Source of the DNA: a virus
Virus record (IMG/VR): IMGVR_UViG_3300022664_000125
Coordinates: 1,362-65,361 of that record
Length of the DNA stretch: 64,000 nucleotides
Direction: 5' to 3' (one strand)
Below the pieces are notes generated by a model, which was given only the letters and a program-made list of their open reading frames with translations, was not told the origin of the DNA and ran no database searches. This document shows positions 28,280 to 40,900 of the stretch, one piece after another. The position numbers and the translations under genes are program-made. The stretch's first letter is position 1, and every line of letters begins with the position of its first letter.

Positions 28280-30487
28280 TTAATGAAATATCCCATCAAT
28301 CGGTTCAGATTGAAAAATATCGTTTGATGGGAAGTCGTTTATTGGTTCAAATACCTGAGCTTCTTCGGTTGATGGCTCACTAAAATCTGAAGTGATAACA
28401 TGAGCAATAGCATGATTCATCATTTTATTAACATCACTATCTAATCTATCACTATGAATTTTAATCATTGGCGCATCTTTAATATATTCATCAATATTAT
28501 TATATATTCTTAAATTCTCTTTACAGAATAAGAAAAATCTTGATTTATTCTTTTCAGAATCTTTTGACTTTGTTATCTTAACCTCTAATGGAACAAGAGT
28601 ATCATAAAGTCTATCTTTAATTGATAGAATTTCTGGTGAAACTGCATCTGGAATAACACCCTCTGAAGCTTGTTTTTTAATAACTACTTGTTCTCTTACA
28701 CCTTCTGATAAAAAGTTTTTATCCTCTCTCATTCGAAGCATGTAAATGAAGTCAGAGTAACGAATTTTTTTGTAACTATCACCAATCAGTTTGTTGGTCA
28801 TTAACTTGGTCACATCTTCAGAATCTCTTTGATTCTGTGTCGGACTAATTACTGGTATTCCATGAATTCTTGAGAGTATTCTAAGTTCTTGTGTGATTTG
28901 GCCTTGAGTATCGTACTCTTTAGCGTTACCAAATACACTCGTCGTAGGCGTCATTGTGTCCATATAATCTATAAAGATCAACTTTGGCTTATACCCTTCG
29001 ACTTTCAATCGATCTAGAAATCTTCCAAGATCACCAGGAGAGAAACTATTTTCGTTACACATAATCTTCGACGAAGGTCGCTATTCTTCGTCCGTCTCTT
29101 TCAAGACAGCTGCATATTACTATGCAGATGGGACCATATCATTACCCTAAAATTTTATAGTTTTTATTTTTAAAACCTTTTGATTTTTTAGGGTACTTCC
29201 TTTTTCCACTCGCTTGAGTGTACTCCCTTCCGGGATGGTCTCTACACCTTCAATCAGATGTTATGTACCTGAAAGCTTGGCTCGGTATTGTCCTATAAAT
29301 AGGAGTTTCACCGAATTAAGGAAATTTTTCGATCTAGATTACTCTAGAAAGGCACTGTTATGTTAATGCTTGAGTACTAAGCTCACTTTCCCCTGTGTCA
29401 CTTTTAATAAACTAGCTTTTAATAAACTCTTAAACATCTTCTGAATCTGAGAATTTAGTTGATTATTTGTATCAACTGACATTCCCATAATCTGTTGAGT
29501 TCTAGTTACATCATAAGCTTTTGCATATAATTGTCTAACAGATTCGAACTTATAGTTACCAAATATAGAGATAAAACGTCGAGACAACTTGTGAATATCA
29601 TCCTCGGTCGTCACGAACAGGATTGCATCTTTTTTATCAAAGTCTGAAATGTTCGCCTCTATCATTCGCTTACACATATTTATACACATCAAGCTCTTGC
29701 CATGGTTTGATGGCGCTGACAATAAATGAACACTAGAACTTTCAACACCATTTAAAACATTATCAAATAAATCAAATCCAGTCTTAAATACTGAGAATCC
29801 TTTAGCAATATAAGTCACTAATGTATCAGCTAAATTTTCACAGGAAGCATCATCAGTAATAATAAAATGATCAGAGACTGCTTCAGCTTTAGACAATGAT
29901 TGCAATTTAGACAAATCATTATACGCTGTAATTACTAAATCTTTATAATTCTTTAAAGCCTCAAATGGAGTCAAGTTATTATCTGAAATGGCTTCCTGTA
30001 AGTTATCTAATAATGTAATAGTTGAGCTAACAGAAATAACTTCATAATATGCATGAATAATATCAATTACATTATCTGTTAACTTTCTAAAAGATTCATC
30101 ATCTGTTAATTTATGTTCTATAGCTTTTTGTATTAATTTAGTTGTAATCAAATCTCGGGTTGCTAAATGCTGAAACACATTTTCATAAGTTAATAATGTT
30201 GCACTCGATTCTCTAATCGTCAAAAGAGTATTAACTGCTTGTATCTGACTTTGAATATTTTTAGCAGTTGATAATTGTAATCGTCTTGCCATTTCACCTA
30301 AGGTTTTTAGGAAATCCTTGATATAATCAATCGCAGAATTTGATTTCTCTGTCGAAAATGCTCCGAACTCTGATGGGTGCAAAGTAATTTTGACAAGATC
30401 GACCATAAATTCTTCCGAGGTAAAGGTTGAAACGAATGCTTTTAATAATGTTTTTTGATCTCTAGAACTATATCCTGGTAAATTCAT
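28280..30487 (-). CDS. dnaB: DnaB-like replicative helicase, 633 aa, spliced: join(30487-29366, 29059-28280)
   Basis: Walker A APSNHGKS in exon 1; Walker B LIFIDYMD and SPTQNQR in exon 2; junction reads LVLKH|CNENSF. Confidence 0.88.
29060..29365 (-). ncRNA. Group I intron in the helicase gene (306 nt)
   Basis: P1 GCAT/GTGC; P AATTCGGTGAAA; Q AATACCGAGCC; P7 GACCAT/ATGGTC; terminal G. Confidence 0.9.
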
Positions 30488-30508
30488 TTGCCTCCTTTTT
30501 TCATTTTT

Positions 30509-30775
30509 TTAATACTGTGTTACTCCCATTCCAGGTGTAAATCTTTTCTTTAAATAATCCTGAACTTGCATATTAATTTCTTTTGTATTTTGTCCTTTTT
30601 TTCCAATCATTCTTCTTAATGCGGCAACTCTCTGTTTAATGTAGCTATCCCGTTCCGCCGTAGGTGACTGGGCGCGAGGCAACGACGCCATTTTTTGCTT
30701 CATATAAATTTTTCGTTGATCTGCAGCCTCTAATCTTTCTGAAACATTTTCAAATAAAAAACTCACTGGTAACAT
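30509..30775 (-). CDS. Small basic hypothetical protein
   Basis: GGAGGT RBS; 88 aa. Confidence 0.7.
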   Translation of the reverse strand: MLPVSFLFENVSERLEAADQRKIYMKQKMASLPRAQSPTAERDSYIKQRVAALRRMIGKKGQNTKEINMQVQDYLKKRFTPGMGVTQY

Positions 30776-30845
30776 GTAGATACCTCCAAAATATTCCTAA
30801 CAAAATTATTATTTCTATGTAAAAATAGATGTTTGTAAGATGTTT

Positions 30846-33164
30846 CTAAATGGCATCTGGTATAAAATCTGTTAGCATACTATAAATTATCTCTCGAGTC
30901 AATGTAGAGAGTTGCATATTTTCGGTAAATCGATGCATTCCGTTAATAAACGCTGAAGATGATGCAAATGATGATATTCTAGATCCTAAAACAGTCGCAG
31001 AAGGAAATACCACATTAATATCATAATCAGTACTTATAGTAGAGTTACTTAAAATCTTTGGGAAAAGTTTATTCGCAAAATTATTAGTGACATTATTAAA
31101 TAGTGGTAACGACGTCGAATTAAAACCATATACATTTACATATGTTCCGCTCGTAGTTGTTGATCCTGTGTAAGGTGATGATAATTGAAGAATATGGTTT
31201 ACAGGATCAATATGAGCCACAACTTGATTGGCATTATCAATTGTGTCATTTTCTGCAAAGATATAATCTCCATTTAATATGGTGTTATAAGTATCTATAT
31301 TTGCACAATAAACATATATGGTATTGTTGGTAAATTCAGCTCGCGCACCTGAAAAATTAGACAAAACATATCTTGTTGAAATATCTAATAATTTCCATCT
31401 CATATACGTTTTAAAATAAATATCTATAACATCATGATATCTATACCAATCAAAAGTATATTCAATATGACCGGCATCTCTAAGATTAACGAATACGGCT
31501 TCTGTTAATTCTTCTATAAATGTATCATAATATGTTGATTTAAAAAATGTATTAAGAACAAAATCATAATACATGAAACAACCATATTCTGCAATATTAT
31601 AATTCAATCCAACATTATATAAATATGTTGTAGTATCAAATGAGTATTTATAAGCTTGAACATCAGATGCTGATATCGTACCAGAATATTCATTATCAAG
31701 TGTTAGTGTTAAAGCCCCAACATTCTTAGCAACTATATGTCCAGCATATGCCCTATCATCACCAGAAGCATATATATAATCATGAACATTTACAGCGGCA
31801 AGAGACGCAATATTGGCACAATTTATAGTTGCTGACCCTGGTGTAAATGTAAATAAAGCAGCAGTACCAGGTGGATATGTAATTAGAGTACTACTTGGAA
31901 TAATATTGTCATTCAAAAATGTCTTTAGCCCGGTAAAATCTATATAGTTATTACAAAATAATTTTAATACATTAGCATAATCTTCTTTTAAGCGTGTATT
32001 ATCATTAGTAGTTTTAATATAATTTTCAACATACTCTTTTAAAGTCAATTGCATAATATTTAAAAATTTTACCGGCCAGAACTTATATAGAAAACATAAA
32101 AATAAATAGTTTTTAAGTTCTGCTTCAGAAATTTTACCGATATAACTGGTAAAGGTATCTTCTTCAAAAATTGTTTCTGCAGACATTTGAACTTGATTTA
32201 CAATTGTTGCATCGTCAAAAATTTTAGAAACACTATCAACTGCAATAAATGCATTTAACTGATTGACAACATTTGAAGAAATTAACTCAACAGGAGACAA
32301 CGACTCTATTGCATTCATTAACTGTGAAAATGCATTATATAATCCTGTCGCATTAATTAATTTATTATCAATAACTGTTTGAAGATTTTGTAACATCACT
32401 GGAGAAATTTTTTGATAGTCATAAATAGATTTTCCAATAATATTTGCTAAATCAACAGACATGTTAGAATGATAACTTGTTACAAATGTTTGAAAACCAG
32501 TTAGCATAGCATTCTTATCAACTCTATCTGCGATAGCTCCGCTCAAGTTAATATATGTCAAATACATTAATAATTTCGTATATATATTATGAGAAGAAGA
32601 TACAATACTATATAAACATGCATATAAAATATATTCATAATTAAAAGCTTTATCTTCCAAACCAGCAGTGTCTCCTACGGCTTGATCAGTTGAATAAAAT
32701 AAATCGTCATATAAGTCGTTAAAAAAATTACGATACTGATACTCAGATACAAAAGATCGGAGTACTAAATCATAATTATAAAGAGTTGTTGTATCACTTA
32801 TAAAAGAAAATTGAAAACACAATTCCTCTAAGAGATCATCAGCTAAAACTGGAATAGTATCATACAATTCTTTCTTTGATAATTGAGATGTTCCAACCAT
32901 AGATTCTACAAGTTCTTGTGTATTATCCATAGAAGAATTGTAAATTTTCACAAGATCAATGGAATATGTTTCTTTTATCAAATGAAAGAAATATGGATAT
33001 TTTGGAAAACTGCTAATCTGATCTATAAATGTTTTTGTCATAAATTTAGGATCTGTCATAAAAATTATTGATGTTCTAAAATATTTACGAAACATTTTAG
33101 ATCTTAAGTTATAATTAAAATTACATGTTAAATATCGAGAATATGCATCTGCAAATACGCTCAT
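30846..33164 (-). CDS. Putative virion structural protein
   Basis: 772 aa; two copies of an approximately 65-aa domain also present in the sheath protein. Confidence 0.55.
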   Translation of the reverse strand: MSVFADAYSRYLTCNFNYNLRSKMFRKYFRTSIIFMTDPKFMTKTFIDQISSFPKYPYFFHLIKETYSIDLVKIYNSSMDNTQELVESMVGTSQLSKKELYDTIPVLADDLLEELCFQFSFISDTTTLYNYDLVLRSFVSEYQYRNFFNDLYDDLFYSTDQAVGDTAGLEDKAFNYEYILYACLYSIVSSSHNIYTKLLMYLTYINLSGAIADRVDKNAMLTGFQTFVTSYHSNMSVDLANIIGKSIYDYQKISPVMLQNLQTVIDNKLINATGLYNAFSQLMNAIESLSPVELISSNVVNQLNAFIAVDSVSKIFDDATIVNQVQMSAETIFEEDTFTSYIGKISEAELKNYLFLCFLYKFWPVKFLNIMQLTLKEYVENYIKTTNDNTRLKEDYANVLKLFCNNYIDFTGLKTFLNDNIIPSSTLITYPPGTAALFTFTPGSATINCANIASLAAVNVHDYIYASGDDRAYAGHIVAKNVGALTLTLDNEYSGTISASDVQAYKYSFDTTTYLYNVGLNYNIAEYGCFMYYDFVLNTFFKSTYYDTFIEELTEAVFVNLRDAGHIEYTFDWYRYHDVIDIYFKTYMRWKLLDISTRYVLSNFSGARAEFTNNTIYVYCANIDTYNTILNGDYIFAENDTIDNANQVVAHIDPVNHILQLSSPYTGSTTTSGTYVNVYGFNSTSLPLFNNVTNNFANKLFPKILSNSTISTDYDINVVFPSATVLGSRISSFASSSAFINGMHRFTENMQLSTLTREIIYSMLTDFIPDAI

Positions 33165-33176
33165 AATTTTCTCCGT

Positions 33177-34841
33177 CTAAAAAAGATTTCCTTTTATAGT
33201 ATTTACTACTTTACTAGCTGCTCCTCCAACATTACCAATATATTTTGATGCTGACCCGGCGATAGATCCAATGGAACCTTTTGCAGTATTATATACTGCA
33301 TTAGCTAATCCTTGCTTAAGCAATGTTGGAGCATTAGTAATTAACGATCCAAATTTACCAATACTATCAACTGCTCCAGAAATTGAACTTCCTAAATTAC
33401 CAGTAATAGGAGTAAATGTTGGGAGATCAGGAATATCGTCTCGAGAAGGAATATCAAATACCCCATATACTTGGGGATTAGCTTTCGCATCCATCAACCC
33501 AATTGGTTTAAGTGAGGTTAAAATTGTTCCAAGAGAAGTCATCATATGAAGCGAACTACTCTTATCATATGCAAATCTTCCAAGTTTATCTGGGTCATAC
33601 AATGATTCATCATTAAAAATATTAGAATCGTATTTTAATGCTGCATTCTTGGATGGACTTGGACCAGGATCAAAAACTGCAAAAGCATCAAATAATGTTT
33701 GAAATTCTAATGAAAGATCAATTGTTAATGGTTGTCTATATAAATTAAAACTTGTATCACTTCCACCTCTCCGGAAAGTAATAGATGCTAATGATCCAAG
33801 AACTGTATAATTTAACCCGTACGCTCGAATTGTTAATGGAATACTTCCACCATAAGTAACACCATTAATCGTCTGAGGGGCAGCTAAAAGAATCAAATAA
33901 GACAAAGGTTTTAAAATAAATTCTTTAACAGCTTTGGGATGTCCATATGGTGATACTAATCTAATATTCACACTAAGGTTTCCTGCATATGTTGTTGATT
34001 GCCATACCTTTGGAAATGTCATTTTATTACCAGATACTATCATATCACTAGCAACACTGGCAAGATCTCCAACAAGCTGCTGGGTAGTCGAATTCAAACC
34101 ACTAGTTTCTGCAAGTTTTTTAGAAGTTTCTTTTGTAGCTTCAACTACTTTCTTTTGAAATTCTGCTTTCTCAGACCCAAATAATGATCCCGCAATATCT
34201 TTTACATTTTGACCAACTTCAGACATTGTATTTGCAATACTTTGAAATGTACTATCTTTATAACCAATTTGAATTGTATCATTTGCTGTTGTGTCGTCAG
34301 TTGTATATAATCGTATACCAGCATACTTATCGGATAGACCATGATATTTTAATATACGACCATAAACATTTATCTGATCCTTATAACCAATATTAAACAT
34401 ATTCGCCATATCACCAGCAGAATCATTCTTAACTTCACCTTCTTTTAAGCCAACAATTTTTGCCATTCTGGTAAAATCGAATCCATAATCCACTGGAATA
34501 AGATCTATAACACTCATCTTTGTTCTGAGATAATTGCCAAATCGTTGATATTTATCTATTTGTTCATTAAATTTACATGGTCTGCCAATTGGAAATAGAT
34601 CGTATCCAGTTGTTTTATAAGCATCCATCATTGTTTGTGATGTTTCAGTCAAAGGTTTTTCATTAGTAGTAGTTTGTTTAGTAACTAATCCAGTTGGATT
34701 AGAAAATGCCTCTCCAAATTTTTTAGATATGGTAGATGCTGTATTTGAAATTCCACCAACAGCATTTGTTGCTGAAGTTTGAAGAGATGTTGCGGCATTA
34801 GAGCCCCATTGTTTAGCTTTGTCAAAAAAAGAATCTGACAT
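33177..34841 (-). CDS. Putative baseplate/tail-tube initiator protein (gp48/gp54-like)
   Basis: Downstream of the tape measure; FPKVWQST, LASITFRRG and PLTIDLSLEF tube-fold-like motifs. Confidence 0.5.
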   Translation of the reverse strand: MSDSFFDKAKQWGSNAATSLQTSATNAVGGISNTASTISKKFGEAFSNPTGLVTKQTTTNEKPLTETSQTMMDAYKTTGYDLFPIGRPCKFNEQIDKYQRFGNYLRTKMSVIDLIPVDYGFDFTRMAKIVGLKEGEVKNDSAGDMANMFNIGYKDQINVYGRILKYHGLSDKYAGIRLYTTDDTTANDTIQIGYKDSTFQSIANTMSEVGQNVKDIAGSLFGSEKAEFQKKVVEATKETSKKLAETSGLNSTTQQLVGDLASVASDMIVSGNKMTFPKVWQSTTYAGNLSVNIRLVSPYGHPKAVKEFILKPLSYLILLAAPQTINGVTYGGSIPLTIRAYGLNYTVLGSLASITFRRGGSDTSFNLYRQPLTIDLSLEFQTLFDAFAVFDPGPSPSKNAALKYDSNIFNDESLYDPDKLGRFAYDKSSSLHMMTSLGTILTSLKPIGLMDAKANPQVYGVFDIPSRDDIPDLPTFTPITGNLGSSISGAVDSIGKFGSLITNAPTLLKQGLANAVYNTAKGSIGSIAGSASKYIGNVGGAASKVVNTIKGNLF

Positions 34842-34870
34842 AAAAATTCTCCATTTTTATCATTTTTAAT

Positions 34871-34916
34871 ATTCGGCAAGATCTAGATATATAATCATAC
34901 CCAGATCTTGCCGAAT
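34871..34916. repeat. CGGCAAGATCT hairpin, copy 6
   Basis: ATTCGGCAAGATCT-18nt-AGATCTTGCCGAAT after the tape measure stop codon. Confidence 0.9.
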
Positions 34917-34923
34917 TAAATTA

Positions 34924-37900
34924 TTACACGGCATAAGAAGTTGGATAAATTTTATTTAAGTCATTTAATAACGTATGATTAAATAAATTCTCCAACAAAT
35001 CATCAATTGGACCAGAAATACTAGTTCCTAAATTACCAGATGCACGAGGAACTGATTGAGATCCTCCAGCTCCAACTAAAGCACCCTTCTGTGAAGCTGG
35101 TTTAATTGTTGATTGCAATTGTGCTAATTTTTTAGCAACTTCCTGTTTACTTGCTTCATCACTTTTAGCAGTTTCAGCTGGAGATGTTTTCATTGTGTCT
35201 GCTGTTGCTTTTATACCAGCAGTTGTTTGTGCAGGATTTTTAACAGCACCATATTGTGATCCAGCTGCTTCAGTTATTAAATTTCCACTTTTATCTACTA
35301 TTCCTGCTTTTTGTGCTGCATCGAGAAGATATGGATACGGAGTTTCACCACGATCAAAGAAATCTTTAAGAAATGATCGTTGCCCACCAGGTGATTGCTC
35401 CTGAAACGACCGAATATCTTCAGTAACAGCTTGATCAGATGCCGAATAATGTCCATTCCAATATTTTGCCCAAGGATTATTTACCTCTGAACGTTTATAT
35501 AATTCATCTCCTACAGCTGCTGCTGCATTAGTCCCTGGACCAGCAGCAATAGCCACATTTTTATTTTCACCAGATTTTCCTGACAATTCAGCTTCTCTTT
35601 TAGCTCTTAACCTTGCAAATCCCTGTTGCACATTATTATCTAATCTTTGAGATTCTGCAGTTTTTTCTGCTCGTTCTCTTAATCCTTTAGCAACTTCATC
35701 TTCTGATTTTTTCGTACCACTAGATTTACTATCTACCAAGTATTCTTTAAAAGGTGCAGTATCAGGATTAAATTTATATGGAAGATTTGCAACCATTCCA
35801 ATTGGCGTAGATTTTGCACCAGCAGCATCAACGATATTTTCACTTGCAGCACCATTCTTTTCTTGACCGAATTTCTCAGGTTCAACTACATCTATATACC
35901 TAAGTCTTTTAGCTTCTTTTCGTAAATTTAGAGGAATTGGTGTGCCTTTTGGATAATTTTTTTCTAAATACTTAAATTTATCATTATCGGACATTGCTTG
36001 AAATTTTGCAAGTTCTTCATTAGATATTTTTCCAATTCCTCCAATTCCAGATTCAATAGGTTTATCAATTTTAGGAGCGGATTTAGCCATAGCAGCATCA
36101 GCAGTTTTAGATGAAGCTCCTGTAGTGTTAGAATCTTTTTTATCTTCAGATTCTGCAGTTTTTTCTGCTCGTTCTCTTAATCCTTTAGCAACTTCATCTT
36201 CTGATTTTTTCGTACCACTAGATTTACTATCTACCAAGTATTCTTTAAAAGGTGCAGTATCAGGATTAAATTTATATGGAAGATTTGCAACCATTCCAAT
36301 TGATTCTGCATTAGGATTATTTAAAAATTCTTTTTGAGCTATCATTAAAGCTGCAGTTTTAATATCTTCTGTAGATAACTTTGATCCTTTTCCGCCTTTT
36401 TTCTTAGATGCAATCAAATGAGTATTATAATAATTTTGGAAATCTTTATTAGCTAGAATTATAAGATGTCTTTCAGCTACATAGTTTTCAATCATTTTAT
36501 GTGGGGTACTCGACACTTTTGATGCGGCAAGATCTAATTGTGCTTGTTCAGAAGTTTCTTTAGCATATTTATCTCTTTCAGCTTCTAACGACTTCATTTC
36601 AGATTTTTTATCAGTTGGTTTCTTTTGTATTCTTTCACCAGTAAATTGTCGTGTTAGAGCATCCATAAAAGCATCTTTAATTTTTGAAGCAAACTCTCCA
36701 AGTATTCCAAAAATATCTTTCGCTTTCTCTCCAGCTTTATAACCGAATTCGGATACTTTTTCACCAGCTGTTAATCCAGTTCCAGCTTTAGCTAAAGCTG
36801 CACTAGGATCAGTACTCATTTTTTGAGCTAGTACTTCATATATTTGTCGAACAGTTCGTGGTGTTCCTTTTTCATCATAAAATATGGGTCGATTAGCTTT
36901 TGCCGCCTTCGGAAAAACATCAGCAGCAATCGTATTTGGATTTTTCTTAATCTCTCTAAACAATTGTTTCGCACCATCGGCACCCATGAAATGTGCAGCA
37001 TATACATCTGCTGCGTTAGGAGGAGGAGCTAACACAGAACTTTGAATACTCTTAATATTTTCCTGTATAGATTCTCCACCCATCAATGCATTAGCTCTAG
37101 CATCAAATGGACTCGTATCTGGTGAAAGACCATATTTTTTACCTTTTCTTCCAAGCATTGTATCCCATGTATCTTTAATAAATTGAAACAATCCAGAAGC
37201 AGATGAACCTTTCGCTTTTGCATTTGGATCAAAACCAGATTCTGCATATGCCATTTTCTGCATAATCCCAAGCGGCGCTCCAGTTGCAGCAGAAGCTTCC
37301 TGTAATACAGACGCAATACTACCAGGAGCGGATGGAACATTTGCAGTAGTAGTATCAGTCGGTGTAGGAGATGTTTTTGGTGTTTCAGTTCCAGATGGCG
37401 TCGCAGAAGTACTTGCTGCCACTGTTGGAGGAGGAGTTCCACCAGGAGTTCCAGCTGGAGTAGAAGGTACTGCAGCTTCAGCTGTCTTCTTTTTAGCTAA
37501 AACTACTTCTCGTTCTTTAGCAGTCATAGCTTTCCTAGCTTCTTGTCCTTTATTTTGATTTTCTAAAGCTTGATCTCTAGCTAATTTACTGTCTTTTGCC
37601 CGCTGTGCATCCTTTGCAAAATCCTCATCTCCAGTTACATATGATTCTTCTTCACCACCAATAAGCTTACCTATAACTGGAATTTTTCGTCCTTGATTTT
37701 TAGCCCAAATCCACAAATTTTGAATTACTCTTCCAGCAAATTGACCAATATTTACAAAAAGATCAACAACACTTCCAAGAATCCCACCAATAAGTGGACC
37801 AATTCCGAAAGCCAGTTTAGAACCTTCTATAGCTCCCATTTCACCATACTTTTGTCCTGGACCACTAAATAAATCAATAATAGTATTATTTGATCTTGTT

Positions 37901-40900
37901 ATAAAATTGGCAAAACTATCACCAATATTAGTTACAAAATCGGATAGTCCCCATTGTCCAATCCAACCAATAAGACCACCAATCCCAGCTCCAACTAAAC
38001 CACCGATTAACATTCCAATTGGACCACCAAATGGAATACCAGCTATAGCTCCAATAGCAGCATAAGGACCCGCTGTTTTAATGGCGGACAATAAACCACC
38101 TTCTTGATCGCCAGTAAATAATTGTTTTAAAAATCCACCCATACCATCTTCATCATAAGCCATAAAAGCACTTTTAAGAGCAGAAATTAAAGCACCAACG
38201 GTAGCACCAGCAAATCCACCAACTAACATACCAAGTGGACCACCAGCAACACCTATTAGCATTCCTAATCCAAAGTATTTACCAACTTGACCAAGAGTGG
38301 TTTCCATATCATCTTTCATAGGACCTAAAAAGAATCCCTTTATACCACCCATCAAACCACCTTCTTTATAACCTTCAAGAGCATCCGACGCAAAATCAAA
38401 TATTGTCATAATGATTTGAAGAGGTACTGCTATTCTACCAAGTAATTTACCAAATGTTTTCAATGGAGTAAGAATTTTTGAAAATCCTTTTCCAAACCAT
38501 TCAATAGCTTTACCAAATTTATCTATTATCCCTGTTTTTTGAATATTTCCAAAAACTTTAGCAATGGATTCAAAACCTTTAAGCCCTGCTTCAATAACTT
38601 TACCACTTTTTTCAGTAATCCAGGTTCCTGCTCTCCCAAGTTTTGGATCGGCAAGAGCGGCTCTTACACCAGTAAATTTTTCTCCGACAGTTCCAGCAGT
38701 TCCTTTAATAGATTGAATAGTAGATTTAACAATTTTACTAGTTGCCTCTCCAATAGCTTTAGCAGTTTGAACTGGACCAGATTCAGTAATAGATGTACCA
38801 ATTATTTTAGTTTCTTGACCAAAACCTCTAGCAAGTCCTTTAATTCTACCCCATGGTCGTTTAGAAGCTTCTTCCGCTAATCTAAGTTCTCGTCTTTGTT
38901 TTATTATTTCCCCAAGTTCTCTTGGGGTTTTTGGTAGTTCAAATCTACTTTCAATTTCTTTTGCCCGTTTAACTTCAGTCATTATATCTTTTAAAGATTT
39001 TGGTTTATAAGTTTTATCAACAGCTGGTCCTTGTCTTATTTTTAGTGCTTCATTTTCAGCTTGTATTTGTTTAAATGTTTTACCAGTTTCAATAACAGAT
39101 GGTGCTTTTTCACCTTTAAGCCAACGTAAAAAACCTTTGGATTTTGCTAGTCCACCAGCTTCGGCGGAATCTACCATCACTCCAGCACCAATTAAACCTC
39201 TACCAAGAAGTTTAAGTTGTTCAATAAAACTCATTCCATGACTTTCTAACCAATCACTAATTCGCCTAAGAGGATCACCAATGTGGTCATTGACCCATTT
39301 TTTAATTTCATCATACTTAGTAATTAGTGACCAAATAGCAGTTCCAAGACCAATAATCGCTGTTACTATTCCTAATTTTTTCCAGAAATCAGGATTTAAT
39401 AACCAATCCCAAATGCTCTTTTCTTTTTTCTTTTCTTTAGACGCATCTTCTGTTGGTTTCTTCAAGATTCCAGTTAAAAGAAGAACAACATTATCTTTCC
39501 AAGTTTTCTCTTCTTTTTCCTTTAGTCTCTCTCTTAAAGCTTGAAGTTTCTCCATCATTGTTAGTTGTTGCGCATCTTTTTCTTCTTTCTTTCCCTGATC
39601 AATCTCGAGCTTCAAAGAATCAAAATTAATAGAAACCAAGTCTGAAATTTTCTGATAGATTTTACTGAAAATTTCTCCTTTAAAAGTTCCACCGTCAGCA
39701 AATTTATCAATTTGATCATTTGGAATGATCATACCAGCAGATCTTGGCATTAAAATCTCAGGACCTTTTTCCCCAACTAACATTGGTTTATCTTTATCAA
39801 CTGGACCGCCTTTAGCAGCTGCATTTAATACTTGAACCTGAGCTGTGTCTGGTTGATTTGGATCTAATAAATTCGAAATACTTGAAGGTTTTCCTCCAAG
39901 ATAATCTCGAATATCTTTTAATATAAGAAGTTGTTGAGTTATTTGTGGTGGCATAATATTATCTACAAAAATAGATTTACCATCTCTATCAACAATTGTA
40001 ACTTCTGCAATTCTTTGTCCCGGCTCTAAAAGCTCGTAAACACTTCCAGTTTTATCACCAAGATAACTTGCTATAATCTTAAGTTGATCAATCATTTGTT
40101 CATGCTTAGTAACTTTTTTAAGACCTTGAAGTATATTCTGATTACTTTTATCAAGAAGATCTAATCCGAATCTTTCCTCGAAAGATTTAGAAAAATATTC
40201 TTCTTGAATTTCAACTCCTCGTTCGACAATATTTCTTGTATCAATAGCTCGTTCTCTTTCTTCTGCTATTTCTTTTTCACGTTCTTGACGAGCTTTTAAG
40301 AAAGCAATTCCTGCCGCTCCAGCGCCAACCCATCCAGCTGGTCCACCAAGAAGAGTACCAGCTACAACACCAGCTACCGTCAATGCTGATCTAATTTGCC
40401 AACCAATAGATTCTGGAGTTCTTTCAAGCTGTCGTTCAGATTCAATTTCTGCCATCGAATGAACAGCTGTTGCCATAGTACTTTTAATACTAGAAATATC
40501 TGCCAAAATTTCAGTCATTGCTCTTGAAGTTTCAAACGTAAAAGGTTCTCCAGATAATGCTATTTCAGCTTCCCTTGTTAATCTTTCAGCACCGTGCATT
40601 CTCTCTAAAGATCTTCCAACAGTAATTTTTTGAGATAGATTATTAAAAAACCCTTTACCAGCTTGTGTGCTTAATAAATCAGCAACAAATAACATTTTTC
40701 CAAGAGGACCTTCACGAAAAGCTCTTTCACGAGTGGCCTCTAATTGAATCTTTTGACTTTCTTCTAATTCTTTTGCTGCCTTTAATGTTACATATCTCTT
40801 TTCAGTTGGGCTCCAAATAAGACGTTCATCAGCTTTAGTAACTTCTCCACCCATTTCTTGAAGCATTGCATCTTGAACATAATAAATATCGAAAAGAACA

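Noticed and set aside
19994..30487. Pseudogenes, frameshifts, inteins or stop-codon recoding as the explanation for the split capsid, portal and helicase ORFs
   Set aside because: Each gap has group I P1, P/Q, P7 and terminal-G features, and precise removal restores the frame; other genes are intact in the standard code
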